A DNA stretch of 64,000 nucleotides from Candidatus Omnitrophota bacterium (GCA_030650275.1 JAUSEK010000001.1:101-64100); one strand, 5' to 3'; positions 30,805 through 41,590 are shown, numbered from the stretch's first letter. Program-made: numbers and translations. Notes: generated by a model not told the origin, from the letters alone.

Positions 30805-31856
30805 AATTCCTCCAGGGCTTGGACCAAACGCTGCGGGGCGTCAGGCACAAAAATATTTTGGGTCCTGGCGCGCACGCCGATCGGCTGTGCGAGCATCTTC
30901 TCAACGGCCTGTTTCAACAATTCCGCAGTGCAATCTTTTTCTTCCAGCAAAACAGCCGCGCCAACGTCCGATAATACAGCCGCGTTATATTTTTGATGGC
31001 CGCCGGCAAAAGGATAAGGCACCAGGACCGACGGGAGCGCGAACGCCGCCAATTCACACACCGTGGCGGCGCCGGCGCGGGCAATGACCATGTCGGCAGC
31101 GGCATAGGCCTCCTCAACGGGGCTTAAAAAAGCGTAGGCCTTAACGCGAAGACCGGCCTTGCGGTATTTTGCGGCGTAAACAGGATGGTCATGCCTGCCG
31201 GTCATATGGATGGCCTGGACCTTTGTCCCCAGCAATACCAGCATTTCAAAAACCAGGGCATTCAAACGCTGACTCCCCTGGCTCCCTCCCAAAATTAAAA
31301 TGACGGGACCGGCAGGGTCAAGGCCGAATTTAAGGCGTAATACTTCTTTTGGAACGAATGGGGCGTTCTGATGGCAGGGGCATCCGGTATGGACCGTTTT
31401 AGAAGCGCTGAAATACCATTTGCTGACGGAAAAAGTGACGGCGATGCGTTTGGCCATCAACGCCATCACGCGATTGGCTTTTCCCGGCACAACGTTCTGT
31501 TCGTGGATCATGAGCGGGATCCGCTCGGCCCATGCCGCGGCCGCGACGGGAAAAGACCCGTAGCCGCCAAAGCCCAGGACCTTGTCCGGACGGATGTCCC
31601 TGACGATCCGCCGGGCACGGCCAAAGGCCTTGGCCGTCCCCGCCATCCACGCGGCCAACCCCCAGGGCGTGCGCGCGCTCAAACCCGCGGCGTCAATGCG
31701 ATGACAAACGAAGCCCTCGTCTTTGATCTTTGCCTCCCCCGCCGCCAAAGCGCCGGCAAAGACCACCTCATGCCCGCGCGCTCTCAAAACCAATGCGGTG
31801 CACAGGGCAGGGAACATATGCCCGCCGCTGCCGCCGGTCGCCAGTAATATTCTCAC
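30801..31856 (-). CDS. murG: UDP-N-acetylglucosamine--N-acetylmuramyl-(pentapeptide) pyrophosphoryl-undecaprenol GlcNAc transferase
   Basis: 351 aa; GGSGGH and GT28 motifs. Confidence 0.9.
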   Translation of the reverse strand: MRILLATGGSGGHMFPALCTALVLRARGHEVVFAGALAAGEAKIKDEGFVCHRIDAAGLSARTPWGLAAWMAGTAKAFGRARRIVRDIRPDKVLGFGGYGSFPVAAAAWAERIPLMIHEQNVVPGKANRVMALMAKRIAVTFSVSKWYFSASKTVHTGCPCHQNAPFVPKEVLRLKFGLDPAGPVILILGGSQGSQRLNALVFEMLVLLGTKVQAIHMTGRHDHPVYAAKYRKAGLRVKAYAFLSPVEEAYAAADMVIARAGAATVCELAAFALPSVLVPYPFAGGHQKYNAAVLSDVGAAVLLEEKDCTAELLKQAVEKMLAQPIGVRARTQNIFVPDAPQRLVQALEEL

Positions 31857-32947
31857 GATCGGTACTCCTGGACCTTGGAAATGTTCAATAAAATGCCTAT
31901 GGCCGCCAGATGAAAGATCAGCGCCGACCCGCCGTAACTGATAAAGGGCAGCGGCAAACCCTTGGTCGGGAACGCGCCGATGCTCACCCCCGCGTTGACC
32001 ACCGCCTGCAGGCCCAGCATCATGACGATGCCGGTGCCCAGGAAAAACCCGAAAGGATCATCGGCCTGACGGATGATCCGGGTGCCCAGCCAGATGAAAA
32101 CCGCGAAAAGGATGATGACCGCCAGCGTCCCGATCAATCCCAATTCCTCGCCGATAATGGAGAGGATGAAATCCGTATGCGCCGCCGGCAGGTAAAATAA
32201 TTTCTGCTGGCTGTGGCCCAGGCCCACGCCGAAAACACCGCCGGAACCCAGCGCGATCTGGGATTGCGTCAGCTGGAACCCGATGCCCTGGCTGTCCTGC
32301 CAGGGGTCCAAAAACGCGCTGATGCGCGCCATGCGGTAAGGCGCCTTGATGATCAGATACACGAGCACCGGGACGCTTAAAAAAGCGACCAGCCCCAAAT
32401 GCCATAATCTCGCGCCGGCGATCAAAAGCATGCCCAGCATGACCACCGCGATCTCGACCGTGGTCCCCAGGTCCGGCTGTTTGACGGTCAGGACGCAAAC
32501 AAGGCCCATGACCAGAATGGGCGGCACGAACCCTTTCCAAAAACTTTTGATGATCATCTGTTTGCGGCTTAAGAAATCAGCGGTGTAGACGATGACGGCC
32601 AGTTTGGCCAATTCCGAGGGCTGAAAGTTGAACATGCCGATCCTAAACCAGCGCCGGGCTCCGTAACTTTCCTTGCCGATGTACGGGATGAGGACCAGCA
32701 CCAAAAGGACGATGCTCAACAGCAAAATGCGGCCGGCATACGGCTGGATGAGCCGGTAATCCACGGCCATCGCGGCCAGGCACATGCTCAAACCGATGAA
32801 CAAAAACAACAGGTGGCGTTTCAGGTAATACAAACTGTCGTGATTGGTCTGCATGGCGTTCACACAGCTGGCGCTGTAGATCATGACAATGCCGATGCAG
32901 ACAAGGGCCAGCACAACCATGGTCAGCGATGTCCTTGTTTCACGCAT
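31853..32947 (-). CDS. ftsW: peptidoglycan glycosyltransferase FtsW (SEDS family)
   Basis: 364 aa polytopic SEDS protein in dcw context. Confidence 0.9.
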   Translation of the reverse strand: MRETRTSLTMVVLALVCIGIVMIYSASCVNAMQTNHDSLYYLKRHLLFLFIGLSMCLAAMAVDYRLIQPYAGRILLLSIVLLVLVLIPYIGKESYGARRWFRIGMFNFQPSELAKLAVIVYTADFLSRKQMIIKSFWKGFVPPILVMGLVCVLTVKQPDLGTTVEIAVVMLGMLLIAGARLWHLGLVAFLSVPVLVYLIIKAPYRMARISAFLDPWQDSQGIGFQLTQSQIALGSGGVFGVGLGHSQQKLFYLPAAHTDFILSIIGEELGLIGTLAVIILFAVFIWLGTRIIRQADDPFGFFLGTGIVMMLGLQAVVNAGVSIGAFPTKGLPLPFISYGGSALIFHLAAIGILLNISKVQEYRS

Positions 32948-32963
32948 ATCTTACGGAATTATA

Positions 32964-33019
32964 GGGACACAATACTTAATTCAACCATGAATAAACACAG
33001 GAATTAAGTTTTGTGTCCC
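32964..33019. repeat. long imperfect inverted repeat (19-bp arms GGGACACAATACTTAATTC / GAATTAAGTTTTGTGTCCC, 18-nt loop) between murD and ftsW
   Basis: Arms are reverse complements except for one central T/T mismatch; read directly. Confidence 0.5.
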
Positions 33020-33025
33020 CATAAT

Positions 33026-34297
33026 TCATACCAATTGATTAACAATTTCCTTAAACATCCGCCCGCGGTGCTCGTAGTCGTTGAACATGTCAAAACTGGC
33101 GCACATGGGTGATAAAACCACGCAATCTCCGGTCTTGGCCGCGCGCCGGGCTGTTTCAACCGCTTCGGGCAAGGACCCGCAAACTTCAACGGGAACGACA
33201 TCGGCAAATGTGGCGCGCAATAGTTCTTTGGTCTGCCCGATGACGACCATTTTTTTGACCCTGGCCTTGACGATATCCTTTAACAAAGAAAAATCCAGGT
33301 GTTTATCGCTGCCCCCGCAGATCATGACCATGGGTTTTTTCAAATGCGTCAGGGCCCAGCGGCCCGCTTCCGGTGTCGTGGACTTAGAATCATTGATGTA
33401 ATCCACCCCGTCCAAAGCGCGCACCCATTCCTGGCGATGTTCAACCCCTTTGAATTCCGCGAAAACCTTCCGGGAGATCTCATCGGCAATACCCAGGGCC
33501 CGCGCCGCAGCCAACGCCGCCAAATGATTGGGGTTGTTGATATCCTTGGGCGCGACGGAATCGTTAAAAAACACAACATGGCTTTTTAAATGCCCCGCCA
33601 TCTCCCTCAGTTCGGGCTGATCACCCAGGATCGCCGCATCATTCTCGTCCTGATCGGCAAAAAGTTTTGCCTTGGCGTCAAAATACTCCTGCGGGTCCTT
33701 GTGCCGGTCCAGATGGTTCCGGCTGAAATTCAGCCACACCCCGACGTGCGGTTTAAAATGTATGGTGGATTCCAATTGAAAAGAACTGATCTCCAAAACC
33801 ACGGTATCCGACGGCTGCAGGTCCAGCACATGTTTGGAAAAAGGACTGCCGATATTGCCGCACAAACACACCCCGCGGCCAGCGGCCTTAAGAATGGCGG
33901 CGATCAGGGTGGATGTCGTGGTCTTGCCGTTACTGCCGGTCACCGCGATGATGGGGCACGGGCATAAACGGAACGCGAACTCAATTTCCCCCATCACCTC
34001 AACGCCCGCCGCCTGCGCCCAGCCAACGGCTTCAATGTCCCGGCGCACCCCCGGGCTTAAAACGATATAGTCGCTGTTTGCGATAAAGACCCTGGTATGC
34101 CCGCCGCATTCGATCTGGACCTGTTGCGGACTGGTCAGGCCGGACAATTCTTTTTCAACCGAGGCGCGGGGCTTGAACTCTGATATTTTTGCCGCCCCTC
34201 CCAGGCGCACGACGGCATTGGCCACGGCGATGCCGCTGCGGGCGGCCCCGATGACCGTCACTCTTTTGCCTTTGACGTTAAAAGCGGATAGGGTCAT
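33026..34297 (-). CDS. murD: UDP-N-acetylmuramoylalanine--D-glutamate ligase
   Basis: 423 aa; Mur ligase motifs. Confidence 0.9.
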   Translation of the reverse strand: MTLSAFNVKGKRVTVIGAARSGIAVANAVVRLGGAAKISEFKPRASVEKELSGLTSPQQVQIECGGHTRVFIANSDYIVLSPGVRRDIEAVGWAQAAGVEVMGEIEFAFRLCPCPIIAVTGSNGKTTTSTLIAAILKAAGRGVCLCGNIGSPFSKHVLDLQPSDTVVLEISSFQLESTIHFKPHVGVWLNFSRNHLDRHKDPQEYFDAKAKLFADQDENDAAILGDQPELREMAGHLKSHVVFFNDSVAPKDINNPNHLAALAAARALGIADEISRKVFAEFKGVEHRQEWVRALDGVDYINDSKSTTPEAGRWALTHLKKPMVMICGGSDKHLDFSLLKDIVKARVKKMVVIGQTKELLRATFADVVPVEVCGSLPEAVETARRAAKTGDCVVLSPMCASFDMFNDYEHRGRMFKEIVNQLV

Positions 34298-35385
34298 CTG
34301 ATCTTAAGCGTGGTCAGTGTCAGTATGGCCAAAATGATGGCGCAGATCCAAAAGCGCACGATGATCTTGTTCTCGTTCCATCCGGACAATTGCAAATGAT
34401 GATGAAAGGGGGACATTTTGAACAGGCGTTTGCCTGTCAATTTGAACGAGGCCACCTGCAGGATGACCGAGACCGCTTCCACCACGAACACGCCGCCCAG
34501 GACCACAAGCCAGACCTCCTTTTTAATGAGGATGGCGATCACCCCCAAACAGCCGCCCAGGGGCAAAGACCCCACATCGCCCATGAAGACGCTGGCCGGA
34601 TGGCAATTGAACCACAAAAATCCCAGACTTGCCCCGACGATGGCAGCACAAAAGACCGTGAGTTCACCGGCGCCCGGCACATGCGGGATGAGCAAATATT
34701 CGCTCATCTGGAAATTGCCCGTGACATAACTGAGCGCGCCCAGCGTAAAGGCCACCATCAGCGTGCACCCGATGGCCAGGCCGTCCAGCCCGTCGGTGAG
34801 ATTGACCGCGTTGGAAGCGCCGACAATGACGAGCACGACCCAAAACACAAAAAACGCGCCCAAATTAATGATCAGGTTCTTAAAGAACGGCACGTCCAGA
34901 AATGAAGAGGTCGCCGGATGCAAATAGAGATACACGCCGACAGCGGCGGCCAGTAACGCCTGCCCCAGCAATTTGGCGCGCGCGCTCATGCCGCGGCCCT
35001 TGGCCGGAACACCGGCCAATTTCATCGCATCATCAAGGCCGCCGATCACGGCCAGGCACAAACAGACAAAAGCGGTGAGCAAAATGAACGGATTGGTCAG
35101 GTTCCCCCACAACAGCACGGAGGCAAGGATGCTGCCGACGATGAACACCCCTCCCATGGTCGGGGTCCCTTCTTTCTTTTCCTGGAATTGGTCCAGGGCC
35201 GGGGCGTCATTGCGTTTGGCGATCTCGCGGATGCGTCTGTCTTTAAAAGAACGGATGAACAGGGGACCAAAAATGATGCACAGCAAAAAAGCCGTCACCC
35301 CTGCCATGCCTGTGCGGAAGGTGATGTAACGGAAAATATTAAAGGCCCCGGACAGGTGGATGAGATCCGACAAGAAATAAAACAT
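34294..35385 (-). CDS. mraY: phospho-N-acetylmuramoyl-pentapeptide transferase
   Basis: 363 aa; MraY TM topology and DD...D motifs. Confidence 0.95.
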   Translation of the reverse strand: MFYFLSDLIHLSGAFNIFRYITFRTGMAGVTAFLLCIIFGPLFIRSFKDRRIREIAKRNDAPALDQFQEKKEGTPTMGGVFIVGSILASVLLWGNLTNPFILLTAFVCLCLAVIGGLDDAMKLAGVPAKGRGMSARAKLLGQALLAAAVGVYLYLHPATSSFLDVPFFKNLIINLGAFFVFWVVLVIVGASNAVNLTDGLDGLAIGCTLMVAFTLGALSYVTGNFQMSEYLLIPHVPGAGELTVFCAAIVGASLGFLWFNCHPASVFMGDVGSLPLGGCLGVIAILIKKEVWLVVLGGVFVVEAVSVILQVASFKLTGKRLFKMSPFHHHLQLSGWNENKIIVRFWICAIILAILTLTTLKIR

Positions 35386-35388
35386 GCA

Positions 35389-36750
35389 CTATCCTTTCAA
35401 CAAAGACCGGACGACTCCCTCCATTTTCATCCGGCGCGACCCCTTGACCAAAACAGCATCCCCATCGGCGAGGACCTTCCTTAATTTCGTCCCGGCGTCC
35501 TGAACGTCGTCGTAAGAAAAAACAGACATGTCCGGACGGACCGCGAGCGCGCCGCGGGCGATGTTCCGGGCCAACGGACCGACGGTGATCAGGACGTCAA
35601 TACCGGCCTGCGCCGTCCTCTTGCCCGCGCTGCGGTGATAGGCGGCCGACCTTGTTCCCAATTCCAGCATGTCCGCCGCGACCAGGATCTTTTTGCCTCG
35701 GCCTTTCAAAGCGGACAACGTTTCAATGGCGCCGGCCATGGACACCGGGTTGGCATTATACGAATCATCGATCAGCCACCCCTTGCCCAAACGGATGAAT
35801 TCCTGCCGGCCTTTGGGAAAATGAAAAGCGCTCAAGGCCTTTGCCGCCGCGCGCGCTGCGACGCCCAATAAACGTCCGCAGGCAAAAGCTGCCAATGCAT
35901 TATACGCATTATTACGCCCGCAGGAACGCAGTTCAATTGTTTTTCCTTCTAAGATCAGGCGCAGGCGGCATCCTCTGACAACGCCGACATCTTTTGCCTG
36001 AAAACGCGCCTTGCCGTCAACGGCATAGGTGATCACGTTCAATCTTTTTTCCCGCGCGCACCGCGCTGCCAGCAAAGGATCATCCGCATTCAACACGATC
36101 TTACCCATGCGGGGCATGAACGATGTCATTTGCCATTTTTCCCTCAACACACCGTTGATGTCCTTGAGCCCTTCGAAGTGAGAGACGCCGATATTCGTAA
36201 AAACCGCGATATCCGGACGGACCATTTGCGCCAGCCACGGGATGTCCCCGGGCTGATTGGTGGCGCATTCCAGCACAGCCGCCTGATGGGATTTTTTAAG
36301 TTTCAGCAAGGTCATGGGCACGCCGATATGATTATTCTGCGTGCCCTCATTCTTAAGGACCGTATAGTTACGGCGCAGGACAGCGGCGATCATTTCCTTG
36401 GTCGTGGTCTTGCCCGCACTACCAGTAATGGCGAGAACCGGGATCTTAAAACGCATCCGGTGAAAACGCGCCAGATGCCCCAAAGCCAGGACCGTGTCCG
36501 CAACGCGGATGACAGCGGCATTTTTATTTTTGACCGCGACCGGTTTGGCAACGAGCACAACGCGAATGCCTTTGCCGACGACGTCGCGCACGAAATCATG
36601 CCCGTCGAAGGTGTCCCCTTTGATGGCGATGAAAAGGTCGCCTTTGCGCACACTACGGGAATCAATGGACACCCCGCGCACGCTCGCGCGCGCATCACCC
36701 TGCGTCAACTTCCCTCCCGTTGCTTCTATAATTTCTCTGACGGTGAACAT
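35389..36750 (-). CDS. murF: UDP-N-acetylmuramoyl-tripeptide--D-alanyl-D-alanine ligase
   Basis: 453 aa. Confidence 0.9.
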   Translation of the reverse strand: MFTVREIIEATGGKLTQGDARASVRGVSIDSRSVRKGDLFIAIKGDTFDGHDFVRDVVGKGIRVVLVAKPVAVKNKNAAVIRVADTVLALGHLARFHRMRFKIPVLAITGSAGKTTTKEMIAAVLRRNYTVLKNEGTQNNHIGVPMTLLKLKKSHQAAVLECATNQPGDIPWLAQMVRPDIAVFTNIGVSHFEGLKDINGVLREKWQMTSFMPRMGKIVLNADDPLLAARCAREKRLNVITYAVDGKARFQAKDVGVVRGCRLRLILEGKTIELRSCGRNNAYNALAAFACGRLLGVAARAAAKALSAFHFPKGRQEFIRLGKGWLIDDSYNANPVSMAGAIETLSALKGRGKKILVAADMLELGTRSAAYHRSAGKRTAQAGIDVLITVGPLARNIARGALAVRPDMSVFSYDDVQDAGTKLRKVLADGDAVLVKGSRRMKMEGVVRSLLKG

Positions 36751-38210
36751 TTCAAAAATTCCATCACGATCTCCCGCTCATTGAACGGGATGGTCTTGTC
36801 CTGAAATATCTGACGCTCCTCGTGTCCTTTGCCGGCGATGAGGACCAGGTCCCCGGTCCTGGCCATCTTCAGCGCCCTGCCGATGGCTTCGCGGCGGTCT
36901 ACACAGGTCTCAAAATTTGTGCGGGTGAACCCCGCGGTGATCTGGTCAATGATCACCTGCGGGTCCTCGCTGCGGGGATTATCGCTGGTCACCACCGAAT
37001 GGTCGGCGAGCAGACAGGCCACATGCCCCATCTTGGGTCTTTTGCCATGGTCACGGTCCCCGCCGCAGCCGAACACGACGATGACGCGCTTGGCCGTCAC
37101 CGCTTTTAAGGCCCGCAGCACGTTGATCAGGCCATCCTCGGTATGGGCGTAATCAATGAATACAAAAAAATCCTGACCCGCATCCACCGGCTGCAGACGG
37201 CCGGGCACATTCTTTAAACCCTCAATGCCCTTCACGATCGTTTCCACGGCAAAATCCTGCGCAAGGGCGCAGGTGAATGCGGCTAAAATATTATAAACAT
37301 TATGCCGGCCGATCATGCGGGTATGAACGGGAATTTTTCCGCCTGAAAAATGGATATCAAATTCCGTGCCGCTTAAAGCATAACGGATGTCCACGGCGCA
37401 CACATCCGCTGGCGCGTCAATGGCATAGGTCCACACCCGGGCTTGGGTCAGGGTCTTCAAACGCCGGCCGTATTCGTCGTCGGCATTGATGATGACCGCG
37501 GCCTGGGGCGATAGGCGGGAAAATAACAGGGACTTAGCCCTGAAATAATCCGCCATGTCCGCGTGATAATCCAGATGGTCCTGCGTCAGGTTGGTGAACA
37601 CCCCGACGGCAAAATCAATGCCGTCCAGACGCCCCTGGTCCAGCGCGTGCGACGAGGCCTCGATCACACAATAGGGCACGCCCTCTTGGACCAGACGCGC
37701 CAGATAGCGCTGGTTATCCAAATAGCCGGGCGTTGTGTTCTTTGACGGGAAAAACGTTGTGCCGATGCGGCTATTGATCGTGCCGACGACCCCGCATTTT
37801 TGTCCGGCGGCACGAAGGACGGACTCCAATAAATAGGTGATCGTCGTTTTGCCGTTGGTGCCGGTGATGCCGATGGTCTTGACCTGACCGCCGGGATGGC
37901 CATAAAATCTCGGCGTGACCCGGCGCAAGAATGCTTTTGTGTCCACGGTATCCAGGACGCACACGTCATCGGGAATGGTGTGATCTCCCAGCACACGCCC
38001 GGCCTGCTGTTTGACGATGGTCCGCGCGCCTTGCCTGACAGCCTCCCTGATGAAATCCGCGCCATTGACCTTGAACCCCGGCAGGGCGACAAAAAGCCCG
38101 TCGGGCATGCCTTCACGGGAGTCGCAGCTGATGCACCCTACGGGATACTGGGCGTAAGCCGGCGGAACATGGATCCCCGTCCCTTGCAATAGTTCACGCA
38201 GCAGCATCAT
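36726..38210 (-). CDS. murE: UDP-N-acetylmuramoyl-L-alanyl-D-glutamate--2,6-diaminopimelate ligase
   Basis: 494 aa. Confidence 0.9.
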   Translation of the reverse strand: MMLLRELLQGTGIHVPPAYAQYPVGCISCDSREGMPDGLFVALPGFKVNGADFIREAVRQGARTIVKQQAGRVLGDHTIPDDVCVLDTVDTKAFLRRVTPRFYGHPGGQVKTIGITGTNGKTTITYLLESVLRAAGQKCGVVGTINSRIGTTFFPSKNTTPGYLDNQRYLARLVQEGVPYCVIEASSHALDQGRLDGIDFAVGVFTNLTQDHLDYHADMADYFRAKSLLFSRLSPQAAVIINADDEYGRRLKTLTQARVWTYAIDAPADVCAVDIRYALSGTEFDIHFSGGKIPVHTRMIGRHNVYNILAAFTCALAQDFAVETIVKGIEGLKNVPGRLQPVDAGQDFFVFIDYAHTEDGLINVLRALKAVTAKRVIVVFGCGGDRDHGKRPKMGHVACLLADHSVVTSDNPRSEDPQVIIDQITAGFTRTNFETCVDRREAIGRALKMARTGDLVLIAGKGHEERQIFQDKTIPFNEREIVMEFLKCSPSEKL

Positions 38211-39895
38211 TTGGACATACCCCGGGCATTCAAATATTTAAGGGCATCGGCCACCACTTCCTGAAAGACGGGTGCTGCCACCGATCCCCCGTAATACACG
38301 GGATGTGGATCGTCAAAAACAACGACCGCGGCCAGCCGCGGATCACCCACCGGCGCGAAACCGATGAAGGTCGCGTAAAAATGCGCGTGGGAATACGCGC
38401 CGTCCACCACCTTCTGGGCTGTCCCCGTCTTTCCACCGACCGTAACGCCCGGGATCTTGGCTTTTTTCCCCGTGCCATTGTCCACGGCCCCCTGCAGGAT
38501 CGAACGCAAACGCAAGGATGTTTGCTGGGTCATGATCTTGTCCAGAATGACCGGCTTGCCTTCCTTAACGATCCGGCCCTTGGCGTCACGGACAGATCGA
38601 ACGACATAAGGACGCATATAGATCCCGTTGTTGGCGATGGCCGCGATGGCCCCGGCCAATTGCAAGGCCGTCACCGTCACCTCCTGCCCGATGGGGACAG
38701 CGCCGATGGATGTTTTGGACCACAACCGCACGGGCTTTAAATAACCCTTGGCCTCGCCGGGCAGGTCGATGCCTGTCCTCATGCCGAAACGGAAATGATG
38801 CGCGTAATTATAAACGCGCCGGGGCCCCAGCCGCTGGGCCACCTTGACGGTGCCGATATTGCTGGAACGTTCAATGACCTGCCGGAACGTCAAAAGCCCC
38901 TCCGGCTCATGGTCGTGCAAAATATGATTGGCCACGCGGTAAGTGCCGCGCTCGCAGTTGATGACATCTGTTTCCTTGACCACTTCCTCCTGCAAGGCCG
39001 CGGCGGCCGTCACGATCTTAAACACAGACCCCGGTTCATAGGTGAACACGATGGCGCGGTTGACCCTGTTTTCCGTTGGGCTCTTGCCGGGCTCTTCCAG
39101 ATTATAGGTGGGCCGGTTGGCAAATGCCAGGATTTCCCCGGTCCTGGGGTCCAGCACGATGATGCTGGCCCCCTTGGCATTGTATTTCCGGTACATGTTC
39201 TCCAGCGCCCGCTCGGCGATGAACTGGATGGTCTCATCAATGGTCAGGACCAGATCAAGCCCGTCCACAGGCGCGACATACCCTTTTTCCAGCAACAATT
39301 CCCTCTGGTGCGCGTCGCGCATAACGACCGAAGAGCCCTCCTGGCCCTTCAGATAACGGTCATAGTCGCGTTCCAGCCCCTCGAGGCCGGTATTATCCAT
39401 ACCGGCAAATCCGATCAGATGCGCGGCCAGGGTCTTGTTTGGATAAAAACGTTTGCTCTCTTTGACAAACCCTATGCCCGGCAATTTTGCCTCCTCGACG
39501 CGTTCATACACGTCCTGCGGCAGCTTGCGGACGATCCAAACAAAATATTTATCATTCTTGAGTTTCAAAAGCAAAAGGGCGGGATCCATTTTGATGATCC
39601 CCGCCAGACGCAGCATGATCGCGTCGCGGTCATGGCGCTTGTTTAGCACCCGCGCGTTGGCAAAAACTGAATAAACAGGCAGGTTAATGGCCAGGGGCCT
39701 CAAATTGCGGTCATAAATGGTCCCCCGGGTGGGCTCGAGGACGACACTGTGTTCATGCTGGCGCTGGGCAAGTCGGGCGAGGAAAGAAGAACGGAAGATC
39801 TGGATATAAAATAGGAAGACGACCGAATACAACAATCCTGCCAGCAGAACGATGAAGACAACGGCAAAACGAAGAGGATATTTACGCAGGTACAA
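38207..39895 (-). CDS. ftsI: penicillin-binding protein 3 (peptidoglycan D,D-transpeptidase FtsI)
   Basis: 562 aa; N-terminal TM, dimerisation domain and transpeptidase SxxK / SxN / KTG motifs. Confidence 0.9.
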   Translation of the reverse strand: MYLRKYPLRFAVVFIVLLAGLLYSVVFLFYIQIFRSSFLARLAQRQHEHSVVLEPTRGTIYDRNLRPLAINLPVYSVFANARVLNKRHDRDAIMLRLAGIIKMDPALLLLKLKNDKYFVWIVRKLPQDVYERVEEAKLPGIGFVKESKRFYPNKTLAAHLIGFAGMDNTGLEGLERDYDRYLKGQEGSSVVMRDAHQRELLLEKGYVAPVDGLDLVLTIDETIQFIAERALENMYRKYNAKGASIIVLDPRTGEILAFANRPTYNLEEPGKSPTENRVNRAIVFTYEPGSVFKIVTAAAALQEEVVKETDVINCERGTYRVANHILHDHEPEGLLTFRQVIERSSNIGTVKVAQRLGPRRVYNYAHHFRFGMRTGIDLPGEAKGYLKPVRLWSKTSIGAVPIGQEVTVTALQLAGAIAAIANNGIYMRPYVVRSVRDAKGRIVKEGKPVILDKIMTQQTSLRLRSILQGAVDNGTGKKAKIPGVTVGGKTGTAQKVVDGAYSHAHFYATFIGFAPVGDPRLAAVVVFDDPHPVYYGGSVAAPVFQEVVADALKYLNARGMSK

Positions 39896-39910
39896 TTTCT
39901 CGATCCGTCC

Positions 39911-40207
39911 TTAATGGTCCCAGGCCCTGGCCTCCCGGGCGGACAAAACCAGGGTCATCACCCGGTCCTTGCCCATGAACTGCATGTTGCTGTCTTTTTC
40001 CAGAAGCCGGTTGCCCAAATTATTGGCGGATTTTAAAGCGAGGATCTGATGGGTCAGCGCGCCGTTGGTATCTAATAACTTATGGACGCTGGTCTGTTTG
40101 TCTTTGCCTTGATACGCCAGATCCACGATCTGTGTTTGCATGTTGATATACATGAGCGCGGTCACGGTCGCGAAAGACATGATCTGTATCCATGTTTTGA
40201 GCGTCAT
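39911..40207 (-). CDS. ftsL: cell division protein FtsL-like
   Basis: 98 aa; single TM plus coiled coil, positioned between rsmH and ftsI. Confidence 0.6.
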   Translation of the reverse strand: MTLKTWIQIMSFATVTALMYINMQTQIVDLAYQGKDKQTSVHKLLDTNGALTHQILALKSANNLGNRLLEKDSNMQFMGKDRVMTLVLSAREARAWDH

Positions 40208-41106
40208 GCTAACCTCCGGATCGCCCTTAACCGGGCGCTACGGCTGCGCGCGTTGAGGGCGCATTCTTCCTGCGCCGGGCGCAGCGGTTTTTTTGTCAAA
40301 ATTTCCGCCGTGCCCTGGGCGGCCTCGGCGCGGAATTTGTTCTTAACGATACGATCCTCCAGCGAATGGAACGCGATCACGCACAAGCGTCCACCCGGTT
40401 TTAAAGCACCACAGCAAGCGTCCAGGCCGCGTTCCAATGATCCCATCTCATCGTTGACCACGATGCGCAGCGCCTGGAATGTGCGCGTGGCCGGATGGAT
40501 CTTCCCGCGGGTATAACCCTTGGGCAAAGACAGCAGGACACTCCGGGCCAGGTCCTGTGTTGTGGTGATCTTTGCTTCGGCGCGCCGGCGGATGATCGTT
40601 TTGGCGATGCGCCGGGAAAAACGTTCCTCGCCGAATTCCCAAATGACCTGCGCCAGCTTTTCTTCGGGCCACGTATTGACGATGTCCGCAGCCGTCAAAT
40701 CCTGGTTTACATCCATGCGCATATCCAGAGGTCCGTCCTGTTGAAAACTCAAACCCCGCGCGCTGTCATCCAGCTGAAAACTGGATATGCCGAGGTCCAA
40801 CAAAATACCATCGACAGCCGTCACCTGGACTTGGGCCAAAAAACGCAAGACGTCGCTGAAATTGCCCTTTAACAAATCAATCCTTAAGGATAATCCAGCC
40901 AACCGTTTTTCAGCCTCGGCCAGGGACGTGCTGTCGCGGTCAATACCGATCAAATGTCCTTGGGGACCCAACTGTCGGGCCATGAGCACGGCATGGCCAG
41001 CTAACCCCAAGGTCCCGTCCACCGCCGTGCCTCCTTCGGGAAGGGCCAAAAGGTCCATGACCTCCCGCGGCATGACCGGCGTGTGGGCTTTTATGTCAAA
41101 TTCCAC
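40204..41106 (-). CDS. rsmH: 16S rRNA (cytosine1402-N4)-methyltransferase RsmH (MraW)
   Basis: 300 aa; SAM-binding motifs and dcw position. Confidence 0.9.
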   Translation of the reverse strand: MEFDIKAHTPVMPREVMDLLALPEGGTAVDGTLGLAGHAVLMARQLGPQGHLIGIDRDSTSLAEAEKRLAGLSLRIDLLKGNFSDVLRFLAQVQVTAVDGILLDLGISSFQLDDSARGLSFQQDGPLDMRMDVNQDLTAADIVNTWPEEKLAQVIWEFGEERFSRRIAKTIIRRRAEAKITTTQDLARSVLLSLPKGYTRGKIHPATRTFQALRIVVNDEMGSLERGLDACCGALKPGGRLCVIAFHSLEDRIVKNKFRAEAAQGTAEILTKKPLRPAQEECALNARSRSARLRAIRRLA

Positions 41107-41531
41107 ATGTTCTCCGCGGTCTTCTCAAACTCGGAGCTTGTCCTGTTAAAAAATGCCTGCCAGGTCGCGGTGTCCCAAATTTCAATGCGGTTGGAAACAC
41201 CGATGACCACCGTATCTTTCTTGATGCCCGCAAAGGTCTTGAGGTAATCGGGGATGATGAAACGTCCCTGCCTGTCGGGGAGCACCTCGCAGGCCCCGGA
41301 AAAAAAGATCCGGTTGAAATTGCGGGCCTCCTGCTTGGTGAATGACAGGCCTTTGAATTTCTGTTCCTGGAGCTGCCACTCATGGTCGCTGAACATGAAA
41401 ATGCATCTGTCCAGGCCGCGGGTGACATAAAACTTCTCAATATTGTTCTCACGGGCAATTTCGCGCATGCGCGCGGGCAGGATCAGGCGGCCTTTGTTGT
41501 CAATGCCGTGTATGTGTTCACCGTAAAACAA
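41091..41531 (-). CDS. mraZ: transcriptional regulator MraZ
   Basis: Two DxxxR repeats (GIDNKGRLILPARMR and DRQGRFIIPDYLK). TTG start (MFYGEH) 6 nt after an AAGGAG RBS. Confidence 0.85.
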   Translation of the reverse strand: MFYGEHIHGIDNKGRLILPARMREIARENNIEKFYVTRGLDRCIFMFSDHEWQLQEQKFKGLSFTKQEARNFNRIFFSGACEVLPDRQGRFIIPDYLKTFAGIKKDTVVIGVSNRIEIWDTATWQAFFNRTSSEFEKTAENMWNLT

Positions 41532-41590
41532 ACAGGGCTCCTTTAGCCAGGCTCCATCCCGCTTCGCGGGATGTCGTAAATGGCCTTCGG

